This document shows, in pieces, positions 1-9,453 of a stretch of DNA of 64,000 nucleotides; position 1 is the first letter of the stretch; each line of letters begins with the position of its first letter. Where the stretch lies: assembly GCA_963743305.1 (NCBI GenBank), contig CAVUPH010000039.1, positions 1 to 64,000 of the forward strand, in the 5' to 3' direction. The position numbers were made by a program, and so were the translations under genes. The stretch comes from an uncultured delta proteobacterium (lineage in GTDB: Bacteria; Desulfobacterota; RBG-13-43-22). The notes under the pieces were generated by a model. That model did not search any database. It worked only from the letters and a program-made list of their open reading frames with translations, and was not told the origin of the DNA.

Positions 1-361
1 CCATTATCACCACTAACCCAAACCCAGTCCCAGTGATTACCACCCTCAGCCCCAATGCGCGCCAGGCCGGCGGGTCGGCCTTCACCCTGACGGTCAACGG
101 CAGTAACTTTGTGACCGGGGCGGTGGTCCGTTGGAACGGGAACCGACCCGGGTGACGACTTTTGTCAACAATACCCAGTTGACGGCCGCCATAACCCAGG
201 CCGACATCGCTACGGTCGGCACGGCCAACGTCACGCACTCGAACCCAACCCCTCGCGTGGCCGGAGAATTCAACCCCCGGGCCGCCATAATCATCACCGT
301 ACACCCGGTGCCGATTCAATTATTCTTACCGTTAATTTCAAACTCATCCCCGCATTTATAA
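1..361 (+). CDS. 3' end of a secreted IPT/TIG (Ig-like) domain protein, frameshifted near 145, with C-terminal FLPLI tail
   Basis: Frame from nt 3 reads [36 protein letters not shown] and continues in the 131..361 frame as [27 protein letters not shown], typical of an IPT/TIG repeat. Truncated by window start. Confidence 0.75.
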
Positions 362-383
362 ACCATAACTACGGGTAGACCTC

Positions 384-430
384 AAAAGGGGTTGGGCGGC
401 CGATCGGCCGCCCAACCCCTTTCTCTTTTT
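384..430 (+). terminator. Rho-independent terminator
   Basis: Hairpin aaggggttgggcggccga/tcggccgcccaacccctt followed by a T-rich tract, just after the stop at 361. Confidence 0.8.
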
Positions 431-485
431 TCCCGCCTTTTTGTTACCTTACGATTAGTCTTTTTTGGTAATAGTTCAAACCTCC

Positions 486-641
486 TGACGGACCTGGCAA
501 AAAGTCGTCACCCCGGTGAAAACAGGGGTCCAGATATTTATAATTAATTGAATTTACTGGATTCCTACTGGAGTTTACCCCGCTATTGAGGCGGGGTCGG
601 AATGACGAAAACGGCCCTTGGGCGACTTTTTGCTAAACCAT
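486..641. repeat. REP-like palindrome (CGTCA...TGACG) nested in MITE-like GCAAAAAGTC...GACTTTTTGC ends
   Basis: cgtcaccccgg..gtccag / ctggattcc..ggaatgacg (506..607), flanked by gcaaaaagtc and gactttttgc. Confidence 0.7.
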
Positions 642-642
642 G

Positions 643-731
643 GCGCTCCGCTCAACGCCGATTTTGATCCGGATGTCGTCGAGATCCTTGACCAGAGCCT
701 CTGAAACGTCCAGGGTGAGGCGATTTTTTCT
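643..731. repeat. Direct-repeat copy of an internal fragment of the brnA-like gene (partner about 2170..2258)
   Basis: 56-bp identical core at 668..723 and 2195..2250, with imperfect flanks. Confidence 0.9.
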
Positions 732-874
732 TCCTTCCTAAAAATGTTCCACTGCTCATTGCCACGGCAAGGGTCATTGTAGGATGCCCCTCATTTTTCC
801 CAAAACTTTCCCTTGACACCAAGGATTTGTGTGTACAATGGTCTAACATTGATATAAAAGACCGGGAGGTCATT

Positions 875-1195
875 ATGGCAACAACTACAATAACGGCAAA
901 AGCAAACCCTTCCCGCAAGCGGGCATCCGCCGTGCGCTCCGGCAGGTTGGGGCTGCGCACGACGCCGGCCCAGGCCGCCCTGATCCAGCGCGCCGCCGAG
1001 GCGACGCGGAAGAGCGTCACCGAATTTGTCCTGAGCAGCGTTTGCGAAAAGGCGGAACAAACCCTTTTGGATCAACGGTTTTTCATGGTTGATGAACAGA
1101 CCTGGCTGGCATTTCAAGACGCCCTCGAAAGACCGGCACAGGCGAAGAAGGGCTTGCAGTCGCTCATTGCAGAACCGGCGATCTGGGAAAAGTAG
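875..1195 (+). CDS. DUF1778 (TacA/AtaR-type RHH) antitoxin
   Basis: RLGLRTTPAQAALIQRAAEATRKSVTEFVL...LLDQRFF...FQDALERP; RBS ggagg; directly upstream of a GNAT gene. Confidence 0.9.
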   Translation: MATTTITAKANPSRKRASAVRSGRLGLRTTPAQAALIQRAAEATRKSVTEFVLSSVCEKAEQTLLDQRFFMVDEQTWLAFQDALERPAQAKKGLQSLIAEPAIWEK

Positions 1196-1196
1196 G

Positions 1197-1862
1197 ATGA
1201 CCGAAAAGATCCCGGATGCAGCGCCCTATGCGGCACCGGCGCTGCTTTCGGAAGAACATGACTGCGACGGTTTCGATTGCGGCCACGCCCTGCTCAACGA
1301 TTGGCTGCGACGCTATGCATTTCAGAATCAACGGGCCAATGCCGCCAGGACCTTTGTCGTTTGCCGTGATCAGGAACGCCGGGTTATCGGCTATTACAGC
1401 CTGGCGGTGGGGGCGGTGGATCACGCCGCCGCGCCCGCTCGCGTCCGGAAGGGGCTGGCTCGACACCCCATTCCGGTGATGGTCCTGGCCCGACTGGCCG
1501 TGGATATCCATCATCAGGGGAAAAAGATCGGTCGGGGTTTGCTGAAAGATGCCGTTCTGCGGACGCTTCAGGCCGCCGAGATCGCCGGTATCCGTGCGAT
1601 TTTTGTCCACGCAAAGGATGATCGGGCGCGCGGTTTTTATGAGCGCTTTGGCTTCGAACCTTCTCCCATCCATCCCCTGCAGCTTATGCTGCTGATCAAG
1701 GATTGCGCTCAAGATGCGATCGAAGTGTGGCGAATTTCCTATCCACCAACCGAGAGGCCCCCTCTGGCCAGACCGTCTCTTAGCCACCCTCCACGGGTTA
1801 AACACCGGAAGGTCTCCAGCGTCCGTCAGCACAAATTGCGCATTCCGACTCGGTTTCAGTAG
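1197..1862 (+). CDS. GNAT acetyltransferase toxin (TacT/AtaT family); true end probably near 1730 (frameshift)
   Basis: FDCG..LNDWL, VIGYYSLA, PIPVMVLARLAVD..HQGKKIGRGLL, RAIFVHAKDDRARGFYERFGF. Confidence 0.9.
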   Translation: MTEKIPDAAPYAAPALLSEEHDCDGFDCGHALLNDWLRRYAFQNQRANAARTFVVCRDQERRVIGYYSLAVGAVDHAAAPARVRKGLARHPIPVMVLARLAVDIHHQGKKIGRGLLKDAVLRTLQAAEIAGIRAIFVHAKDDRARGFYERFGFEPSPIHPLQLMLLIKDCAQDAIEVWRISYPPTERPPLARPSLSHPPRVKHRKVSSVRQHKLRIPTRFQ

Positions 1863-2109
1863 CGGCATCCTTCATATCCTGCTGAAGCCAGGGCGGCATT
1901 TTCGTCGTTCCGCATTTTCGGGCCTCGTTGAGTTTGGCCAGTCCTGATTCGGAAAGACGTATAGTCCGAACGATCTCAACTGGTTGCAGGACAACCAGGC
2001 CACCTTCTGCCAACTGCAGATCCAAATAACTGCCGATTTCCAAACCGAGCGGCCATCGCATGGCCGTAGACAGATTGATGCTTCCCCTTTTATCGATGGC
2101 GATCAGCAT
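1798..2109 (-). CDS. AbrB/MazE/SpoVT-family DNA-binding protein
   Basis: N-terminal IDKRGSINL...LGLEIGSYLDL...LVVLQPVE swapped-hairpin pattern. Confidence 0.7.
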   Translation of the reverse strand: MLIAIDKRGSINLSTAMRWPLGLEIGSYLDLQLAEGGLVVLQPVEIVRTIRLSESGLAKLNEARKCGTTKMPPWLQQDMKDAATETESECAICADGRWRPSGV

Positions 2110-2111
2110 TT

Positions 2112-2369
2112 TTAAGCTCCAAGAGCTTTTCCCTGCTGCACCCTTTCATGAAGCCAGATCTTGATTATAGCGCTCCGGTCGACGCCGATTCTATTCCGGA
2201 TGTCGTCGAGATCCTTGACCAGAGCCTCTGAAACGTCCAGGGTGAGGCGAACTTTTCTTCCGGGCCGAATGACCGTGGCCTGCGACATATCGACCAGTTC
2301 GTGAATATCCTCGCCAGCGTCAAAACGGCTATCAAATTCGTCGTTATTCTTTGCGAATCTGTCTTTCAT
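2112..2369 (-). CDS. BrnA-like/CopG antitoxin
   Basis: EFDSRFDAGEDI...RLTLDV..LVKDLD...GVDRSAIIKIWLHER; overlaps a BrnT remnant. Confidence 0.8.
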   Translation of the reverse strand: MKDRFAKNNDEFDSRFDAGEDIHELVDMSQATVIRPGRKVRLTLDVSEALVKDLDDIRNRIGVDRSAIIKIWLHERVQQGKALGA

Positions 2370-2425
2370 ATAGATCCACCTCCTTTTCCCTGGATCTTCT
2401 TGCCGAAATGATACGAATGCCGTGT
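2345..2425 (-). pseudogene. C-terminal remnant of a BrnT toxin
   Basis: Minus strand translates HGIRIISARRSREKEVDLYERQIRKE*, the BrnT C-terminal RIISAR motif. No N-terminal part is visible. Confidence 0.7.
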
Positions 2426-2478
2426 TTTTCTTTATTGGCTATGCTTTTTGGGGGATCCCACTCAAATAGCATGATTAA

Positions 2479-3433
2479 TTATACATGAGGTGTGTGTATT
2501 TGCAACTTTTTTGATAGTAGTTCAAACCGCACCGGCAGACGGCCCACCAATTCCCCGTCCATATCGATAAACACCTCTTCTTCCGATTCCAGGCTGATGG
2601 TTTGAGCCCGAAAAGCCTCGACTTTGGGATGGCCGGATAAGGTGCCTCGGTAAAGGCGACGGGTATTGGTTAACACTTCCATCCGGGAGACGTCGCCGAC
2701 CACCACCACCTCCAAAAACCCGTCATCCATTCGGGCCGGGGGGGCCACCCACATACCGCCCCCGAAATACTGCCCATTGGCAATAACGATGGAACTGGCC
2801 TTGACCTCGAAAGGCGGGCGGTCGTCCAGGCCGATCCGAATGCGCTTATTTCGATATTGGAGAAGGGTAGCTAAAAGTCCGCGGAAGAAACTGAGTTTAC
2901 CTCCCCAGCGTTTGCTGTGACTGTTCACATAGCGGACCAGGTCCCCCCCAAAGCCGACATCCGTAACATTTAAAAAATGCCTCCGGCAAGGATTGCCGTT
3001 CAGATCAATAAAGCGAGCCACCCCCACATCGATCTTCCGAAAAACATTTCCGCCGGCCTGTTGGGCTGCCACGGGTAAAGAATGAGAGATGCCCAGCGTC
3101 CGGACCAGATCGGCCCCGGTGCCGCAGGGCAGGATAGCCAGGTCCATAGCCTCAAAGCTGGGATGGGCCAATAATCCGTTGAGCACCTCATTGACTGTGC
3201 CGTCGCCCCCGTGCACCACCACCGTGAGGTACCCCTGTTCAACCGCCTGGTAGCGCCAGGTCCGTGGCTTGACGGGGGGCGTCCGTGGTCCAAACCGTAA
3301 AAGGAGGAAGGAGGCTTCGAAGAAGCGGCTCATTCTTCGACCAATCACGCCCGGTCCGGCCGTCGGCGCTGACCGGATTGACGATTACGACCCAGGAGGG
3401 TCGGTCCTTGGGGTCTTGTGCGGATTTGGTCAT
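2479..3433 (-). CDS. Diacylglycerol kinase (YegS/BmrU) family lipid kinase, frameshifted
   Basis: VIVNPVS (3239..3433 frame), then GGDGTVNEVLNGL, PCGTG, ANGQYFGGG, DDG, DGE in 2479..3348. Confidence 0.9.
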
Positions 3434-3521
3434 AGGCGATTATACGAACGTCGAACATCGAACATCGAACGCCCAACCTTAAACGAAAAACAACCCTCCG
3501 TAGTCCAAGGCTGTTTGCTTA

Positions 3522-3705
3522 TTAAACCCCCATGCCCGCGGGCGGGCACCCGCAAATCATAAAAATATTTGGGATACGCGTCATTGCGAGGAGAGAAACG
3601 ACGAAGCAATCCCCCTGTTGGCTTACACCGCCCCCCAAGCTAAACCGGGGGATTGCTTCGCTTCGCTCGCAATGACAATAGGGGGGCAGAATATTCTCAT
3701 GCTAA
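3522..3705 (-). mobile_element. Non-autonomous composite repeat (asymmetric-end family) carrying a GTCATTGCGAG REP palindrome
   Basis: ccccatgcccgcgggcgggcaccc..cataaaaat end, REP at 3579..3676, and tattctcatgctaa end. Confidence 0.55.
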
Positions 3706-3826
3706 CAGAGGCCAAGAGAATATGGCGAAAAATATCACCAATAAGCTGACGATTGTCAACACAAAAAGCGTTGCTTTGGCCGGTTGATCTGTTGTACACT
3801 TACGCAAGTTGAAAGGGGAAAGAACG

Positions 3827-4276
3827 ATGACAAAAAAATGGTTGCAGGGCTTTCCTTTTTTCTGTCTTCTGGCCTTTTTGGTTCTTCCAGGAAACCTTCT
3901 GGGCGCTGACTGGAAGCTATGCTCGGAAAATGAATTCTTAACCCTATACTTTGATGTAAACAGTTTGAACCGAAGGGATGCGGACCGGATTAAGGTCTGG
4001 ACCAAATATGTTCCCAAGGGGAAAAAAGGGAAGGATTTTTGGGCACATATCCGCACCTTCGATAAGATACCGATCAAGCAATTCCAGCACTATGCCTATA
4101 GTGTCGTCCTCTATGAATTCAGTTGCCCGGAAAAGACTTACCAGCTAATATCCGGGCTCGACTTTGACCAGGAAAAAAAGATGCTCAGCGAACTGCAGCC
4201 CTCTAAATCCAAACCTATCTTCCCGGAGTCCCTCCCCGAAACCCTTTATCAGGTGGTTTGCCCCAGGGAAAGATGA
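3827..4276 (+). CDS. Secreted protein, surface-adhesin E-like family
   Basis: Signal peptide ending LLGA-DW; YFDVNSL, IKVWTK, YEFSC and a terminal PESLPE...VC. Confidence 0.65.
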   Translation: MTKKWLQGFPFFCLLAFLVLPGNLLGADWKLCSENEFLTLYFDVNSLNRRDADRIKVWTKYVPKGKKGKDFWAHIRTFDKIPIKQFQHYAYSVVLYEFSCPEKTYQLISGLDFDQEKKMLSELQPSKSKPIFPESLPETLYQVVCPRER

Positions 4277-4385
4277 GGGGATGGCGTAGGGTGTAGGGGA
4301 GAAAAGCTGAAGCGCTCCTTATATCGTATCTTCTTTTTCTTCCCTCTTCCCCCTCACCTTCCCCCAACACCCTATCCCCCACACC

Positions 4386-4607
4386 CTATATCTTCTCGAC
4401 TAGAATGACCTTATCCCGGCTTTTCTCACCCCGGATGATGCGGATTTCGCTTTTGCGAACGTTCAGGTATTCGGCCAGAATTTTGATCAGGGCTTCGTTG
4501 GCCCGGCCTTCAATCGCCGGGGCGGTAAGATAAACCTTGAGTCGGTCTTTCTCGACAACCACCTTGTTTTGTTTGGCTTTGGGTATTACCCGGATGGAAT
4601 GGCGCAT
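4386..4607 (-). CDS. DUF167/YggU family protein
   Basis: VIPKAK...LKVYLTAPAIEGRANEALI...IIRGEKSRDK. Confidence 0.9.
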   Translation of the reverse strand: MRHSIRVIPKAKQNKVVVEKDRLKVYLTAPAIEGRANEALIKILAEYLNVRKSEIRIIRGEKSRDKVILVEKI

Positions 4608-4609
4608 GG

Positions 4610-4711
4610 TTTAATACGAAAATAGGGCACAGGGTATAAGGTTCAAGGTATAAGGTTTGGAGAATACCATTTTAATGCTTGGTGGGTGCCCCGCGGGGCA
4701 TGTGGGTTTAG
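4610..4711 (+). mobile_element. Asymmetric-end intergenic element
   Basis: ttaatacgaaaatag...attttaatgcttggtgggtgccccgcggggcatg. Confidence 0.55.
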
Positions 4712-4891
4712 TATGTAAATAAGCCTCTATGACCTGCAATAAGGCCAATAATCAATTGTCAATTTTCAATTGATTATTGATTATTGATATCCTGCGACTA
4801 AACAGTTGTCTCGCCCCTTTTATTTTTATGCTACGGGGGTACCCACCAGGGGCCTAGTGTTTAACTCGGGGCTAAAATACCATTTTTCCCC

Positions 4892-4919
4892 TTGACATTC
4901 CACCAGGATCATTTAAATT
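4892..4919 (+). promoter_or_regulatory. Sigma70-like promoter of the small-peptide gene
   Basis: TTGACA (4892) + 16 nt + TAAATT, about 40 nt upstream of ATG 4962. Confidence 0.55.
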
Positions 4920-4961
4920 TTAATATAACAAACATCGCACGAAGCGAGAAAGGGGCCGGTC

Positions 4962-5024
4962 ATGAAGATCCGCAAAGTGGTCAAGGTATCCAAAGGTCTT
5001 TGCAAGTGTAAAAAGACCTGCTAA
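4962..5024 (+). CDS. Putative RiPP precursor peptide MKIRKVVKVSKGLCKCKKTC (20 aa)
   Basis: RBS gagaaagggg, ATG...TAA, C-terminal CxCxxxC; followed by a terminator and then a radical SAM/SPASM operon. Confidence 0.75.
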   Translation: MKIRKVVKVSKGLCKCKKTC

Positions 5025-5042
5025 AAGAATTTTACTATTTCA

Positions 5043-5078
5043 AAAAAAGGCCGATAGTTGATCTGTCGGCCTTTTTTA
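5043..5078 (+). terminator. Rho-independent terminator between the peptide gene and maturase genes
   Basis: aaaaaggccgatag-ttgat-ctgtcggcc-tttttt. Confidence 0.85.
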
Positions 5079-5107
5079 TTCCAAACCCTAAATGAGATGG
5101 TTTCGCA

Positions 5108-5467
5108 ATGCCCAAAACCGATTTTCAAAATTATATCTGCCGGCCCTTCTGCGATTTTTTCAAGCCGGAAGTCAAGGAAGAACTGACTTGCCGGGGGGCG
5201 CTGCTGGTGGAAGACCTGGTCCGGCGCCGACGTCTCATCCCCGGAGACTTCCAGAGTCTGGAAAAAAGCGAATCGTTATTCCCGGGCCAGGAGGCCGATT
5301 TGGAAGCCGCTGTTTGCCGGGGCTGTCCCTTCCAAGCCGAAGATTGTGATTTTATGTCCGCCAATCCGCCGTCCGACTGCCGGCCCTGCGGCGGATTGCT
5401 TCTCCTGCGGCAGCTCAAGAAAAAAGGGCTGATCACCATCCCGGACCTATTCCATGACGACGAATGA
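5108..5467 (+). CDS. Cys-rich hypothetical protein (8 Cys), overlaps the rSAM start
   Basis: CRPFC...C...CRGCPF..DC...CRPCGG; 14-nt overlap with the next gene. Confidence 0.75.
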   Translation: MPKTDFQNYICRPFCDFFKPEVKEELTCRGALLVEDLVRRRRLIPGDFQSLEKSESLFPGQEADLEAAVCRGCPFQAEDCDFMSANPPSDCRPCGGLLLLRQLKKKGLITIPDLFHDDE

Positions 5468-6629
5468 TTGGCAGGAATCCTTCCTCTCCTTGCGTCCCCG
5501 GGTTTTTCTCAAACGCCTGGAACAGCCCTATCTTTATCACCTGGACCGGGATGAATTGTACGAAATCGACGAACAGGCCCTTCTTTTCTTAAGCCTTTGT
5601 GATGGAACCGCCCCAGGAAAATCCCTGACCGGCGATGCGGAATTCGTTTCTTTTTGTCTGGAGGAAGGGCTCTTGGAAACCCACACCCAACCGATCCTCA
5701 AGAACGTTTCCATCGGAGAAGCCCCCGTTCCTTCTCTGCGGTACCTGGAGCTGCAACTGCTCCACCAATGCAATCTACGCTGTCGACATTGCTACCTGGG
5801 TCCACCCCGCCCCGGGCGGTTGTCCTTGGAAGAGGCCGTCGCCATCACCCGGGAATTTGCCGCCCGGGGCGGCTTGCGGCTTTTGATATCCGGGGGCGAA
5901 CCCCTGCTTTATCCCGAACTGCCCTCCTTCCTGGCGCAGACCCAGGGCCTGGGCATCCGTCGTATTCTCTTAACCAATGGGACCCTGCTCACTACGGAAA
6001 GCCTCCTCCAACTTCAGGTGGAAGAGATCCAGGTCAGCCTGGACGGCTGGCGCAGGGGTCACGAAGCTATTCGGGGTGTGGGGACCTTTGATCAAACCCT
6101 AAAGGGTATCCAGGCCGCCCGGGAAGCCGGACTGCCCATCGCCATCGCCACCATGGTTCATCGGAAGAACCTGGGTGAATTCGATCAACTGGCCCGTCTG
6201 GTAAAAGAGATCGGGGCTGTTGAATGGGGAGTGGATGTGCCCTGCCTGGCAGGTTCTTTGAAAGAACATTCCGATCTACTGGTCCCTTACGAAGAGGCCG
6301 TCCCCTTTCTAAATTTTTCCTTTGGGGGGGGCTATCACGGCTCCGCGGATGGATATGCCTGTGGACGCCATTTGCTGACGGTGTTACCTGGCGGGCAGGC
6401 GGTAAAGTGCGGCTTCTATGAAGAGCAGATCCTGGGAGATGCTCGCCGGGGCCTGATCGAATGTTGGCTGAAGCTTCAACATATCCCGCTGAAAAAACTG
6501 GAATGCCGGGGGTGTCCGGCACTCGAGGAGTGCGCCGGGGGATGCCGTTACCGGGCCGATCATCCTTTCGGTCGGGACCCGCTGATGTGCGCCCTGTACG
6601 GACAGGCGGAGAATAAACCAACACATTAG
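5454..6629 (+). CDS. Radical SAM/SPASM domain maturase with N-terminal PqqD/RRE-like region
   Basis: CNLRCRHC, SGGEP, TNG, SLDG; SPASM cysteines ACG...VKC...CRGC-x5-C-x3-C...MC; N-terminal LYHLDRDELYEIDEQALLFLSLCDG. Confidence 0.92.
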   Translation: MTTNDWQESFLSLRPRVFLKRLEQPYLYHLDRDELYEIDEQALLFLSLCDGTAPGKSLTGDAEFVSFCLEEGLLETHTQPILKNVSIGEAPVPSLRYLELQLLHQCNLRCRHCYLGPPRPGRLSLEEAVAITREFAARGGLRLLISGGEPLLYPELPSFLAQTQGLGIRRILLTNGTLLTTESLLQLQVEEIQVSLDGWRRGHEAIRGVGTFDQTLKGIQAAREAGLPIAIATMVHRKNLGEFDQLARLVKEIGAVEWGVDVPCLAGSLKEHSDLLVPYEEAVPFLNFSFGGGYHGSADGYACGRHLLTVLPGGQAVKCGFYEEQILGDARRGLIECWLKLQHIPLKKLECRGCPALEECAGGCRYRADHPFGRDPLMCALYGQAENKPTH

Positions 6630-6663
6630 GTGCTTACATCTGTCAAATTGACAAGAGGACCCG

Positions 6664-6801
6664 TAAATCCGAAATCCGAAGCACGAAATCCGAAACAGGC
6701 ACGAAGATCCAAAATCCAAATGATCAAAACAAAAACGTTTCAAATTTTGAAATTGGATCATTTGAATTTGTTTCGAGTTTCGAAATTCGGATTTCGGATT
6801 T
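6664..6801. repeat. Heptamer-periodic inverted repeat (AAATCCG/CGGATTT)
   Basis: aaatccgaaatccgaagcacgaaatccgaaac ... gtttcgagtttcgaaattcggatttcggattt. Confidence 0.75.
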
Positions 6802-6852
6802 GGCCCAAAAAGTCAAATTGTTAAGGTTAGCTATTTAAGGAGGTCTAACCAA

Positions 6853-7536
6853 GTGGGTAAAATATTAGTCACCGGCGCCACCGGCACCATCGGCAGTCAG
6901 TTGGTGCGGCGGCTCAAAGAAAAGAACCTGGAGGTCATTGCCGGGGTCAGCAGCCTTTCCAAGGCCGGACGCTTCTCCAAACAGGGCATCGATACGACCA
7001 TCCTCAACTTTGCCCAACCCGATTCTCTGGAATCGGCCTTTGAGGGGGTCGATCGTCTATTTCTTTTGCTGCCCCTGGCGAAACCCATATGCAGAACTAC
7101 CTAAATTTTTTCGGAGGGATGATCAAGGACCAACAGTCCATCTTCCTGCCCCAGGGCCAGGGCCGGATCAGTCTGATCGACGTCCGAGACATCGCCGCCG
7201 TGGATGCTGAAATCCTGACCGCCCCCGAAAACCATTGGCAGAAAGCCTATGACCTGACCGGTCCGGAGGCGTTAACCAACGAGGAAATCGCCCGGATCCT
7301 CCCCGGGTCATGGGGAAAGCCAATCACCTCTGTGGATATCGACGAGATTAACCGCCCGCCAGGCCATGGCCCAGAGGGGGATACCGGATTGGAATATCCG
7401 ACTGTTGGAAAGCCTGAACCGCCGTATCAAGCTGGGGATGACGGCTGAAGTCACCAACTGGGTCCGGATGATTGCCGGGAGACAGCCGACAACCTTTGAA
7501 GAATTTGCCCGGGATCATGCGGATGCCTGGAAATAA
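6853..7536 (+). pseudogene. NmrA/SDR-like NAD(P)H-binding oxidoreductase with internal deletion and frameshifts
   Basis: ILVTGATGTIG; jumps from LLLPLAKP to MQNYLNF (central part missing); IDVRDIA, YDLTGPEAL; ends EFARDHADAWK*. Confidence 0.75.
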
Positions 7537-7673
7537 AGGTGAACGTCGAACATCGAACACCCAACATCGAATGTCAAATGGAGGTTTGTTTTTCATTCGA
7601 TATTGGGCGTTCGATGTTCAAGTTCGATGTGCGTCTTGCACTTCGAATTTCATATTCACCCATTAAGGTTCCT

Positions 7674-9339
7674 ATGATCTCTAGCCGCCACCTTCACCTT
7701 TTGTCCTATTGTCTTGCTGTTCTATTGTCTAATCCCTCAATTCTCCTGGGGTTCTACTCCCGACACCTCTTTTTGTACCGCTCCGGAAAACCTATTAGTC
7801 CTTCGGCTTTATTATCAATCGCCGAAGAATCTCAAAGCCGTCGCCGCCCAATATGATATCTGGGAGGCCCATCCCGAAGAGGGCTTTGTGGTCATCGGCA
7901 CCCGCTGCGGGGAATTGGAAAAAATCAGCGGCCAAGGCTGGACGGTGGAAATCGAACCAACCTTGACTCGGGAGACCAGGGCCAGTCTGCTCGGAATTCC
8001 TAAATTCCCCTGTTATCGGAGCGTGGAAGAGACCTTCGCGGTCCTTGAAAACCTGGCCGCCGACTATCCGGCCTTAACCGACCTCATCACTATCGGTGAG
8101 AGTTGGGATAAGAGCACCTCCGAAGGACCTGCAGGATTCGATTTACAGGCCCTCCGGATAACCAATAAGCAGATACCAGGACCCAAACCGGTTTTTTTCC
8201 TGATGGCCGCCATCCATGGCCGTGAATTGACCACCTCGGAAACCGCTCTCCGTTTAGCCGAAACCCTGTTGCAACAGTATGGGGTCAACCCTGAGATCAC
8301 CCTGCTCCTGGATTATCAGGAAATTCAGGTGGTCCCCCTGATGAACCCCGACGGCCGAAAGTGGGCCGAACAAGGTTATTTTTGGAGGAAAAATACCGAT
8401 CCCCTCTGGGGGTGTACCTTTCCAAACTATGGGGTCGATCTGAATCGCAACCATTCCTTCCACTGGGGAGGCGCCGGCGCCGCTCCCTGCGATGAAATCT
8501 ATCAAGGACCGGCGGCGGCTTCGGAACCGGAGACCCAGGCCCTGCAAAATTATGTTCGCCTCCTTTTTCCGGATCAGCGCGGTCCTTTGGATACAGATCC
8601 CGCCCCGGTAGACACGGCCGGCATCTTTGTCACCCTCCATTCCTACGGCAAATTGGTTCTTTGGCCCTGGGGCTGGACCGATCAATTCCCGGCTCCCAAC
8701 GACGCTCAACTCCAGGCGATCGGCGTTAAACTGGCCTCCTTCAATCACTATACCCCCCAGCAATCAAGCCTTCTGTATCCCGCTACCGGGACTTCCGATG
8801 ACTGGGCCTATGGCGAACTGGGGATAGCCTCTTTTACTTTTGAAATGGGAACCACATTTTTCCAGGAATGTTCGAGTTTTGAAGCCGCTATCTGGCCGGA
8901 CAATTTGAAAGCCCTGCTTTATGCCTTCAAAATCGCCTCCGCACCCTATCGCCTGACTTACGGCCCGGATGCCTTGTCCCCCCTGGTCAATCCCCCTTCG
9001 GGGAAACAGGGGGAACCTCTTGAACTGACCGCTCTGATCTCCGACCAGCAGAATGGAGGTCGTTCCCTCCAGCAGGCGGAATATTTCATCCTCTCCGAAC
9101 ATCAGGCAAATCCCCCCGGCACTCCCGGGACCGGACTACCCCTGACGCCCACCGACGGTCAATGGGATAGCCCGATTGAAACGGTCAGGGCCGTCATTGA
9201 TACCGCCCATCTGGTCCCCGGGAATTACTTGATCGCCCTGCGGGGCCAGGATGCGGATGGAAATTGGGGCCCGCTCACCGCGACTGCCTTGCGGATTCGC
9301 TATGACTACCAGTTATTTTTCCCCATCTTCTTGAATTAG
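7674..9339 (+). CDS. Secreted zinc carboxypeptidase, peptidase M14 (signal region frameshifted)
   Basis: HGRE, NPDG, GVDLNRN, LHSYG, FTFE motifs; C-terminal Ig-like domain and YQLFFPIFLN tail. Confidence 0.9.
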
Positions 9340-9417
9340 TGTTCCCCTTGACAGATTCTTTTTGGTGCTTAATTTAAAGATCAGTTAATTGAACCCGCCC
9401 AAAACAGGGGGCAACGA

Positions 9418-9453
9418 GCCGGGTTACTTTTAGGGTAAACCCGGTTTTTTTTT
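9418..9453 (+). terminator. Terminator in the leader of the zinc-finger gene
   Basis: ccgggttac...gtaaacccgg followed by T9; TTGACA at about 9349 upstream. Confidence 0.65.

Noticed and set aside
6853-9339. NmrA-like gene and M14 peptidase as parts of the RiPP cluster
   Set aside because: They are separated by repeat-filled gaps; the NmrA-like gene has an internal deletion and the peptidase is a secreted protein with its own tail. Synteny evidence would be needed.
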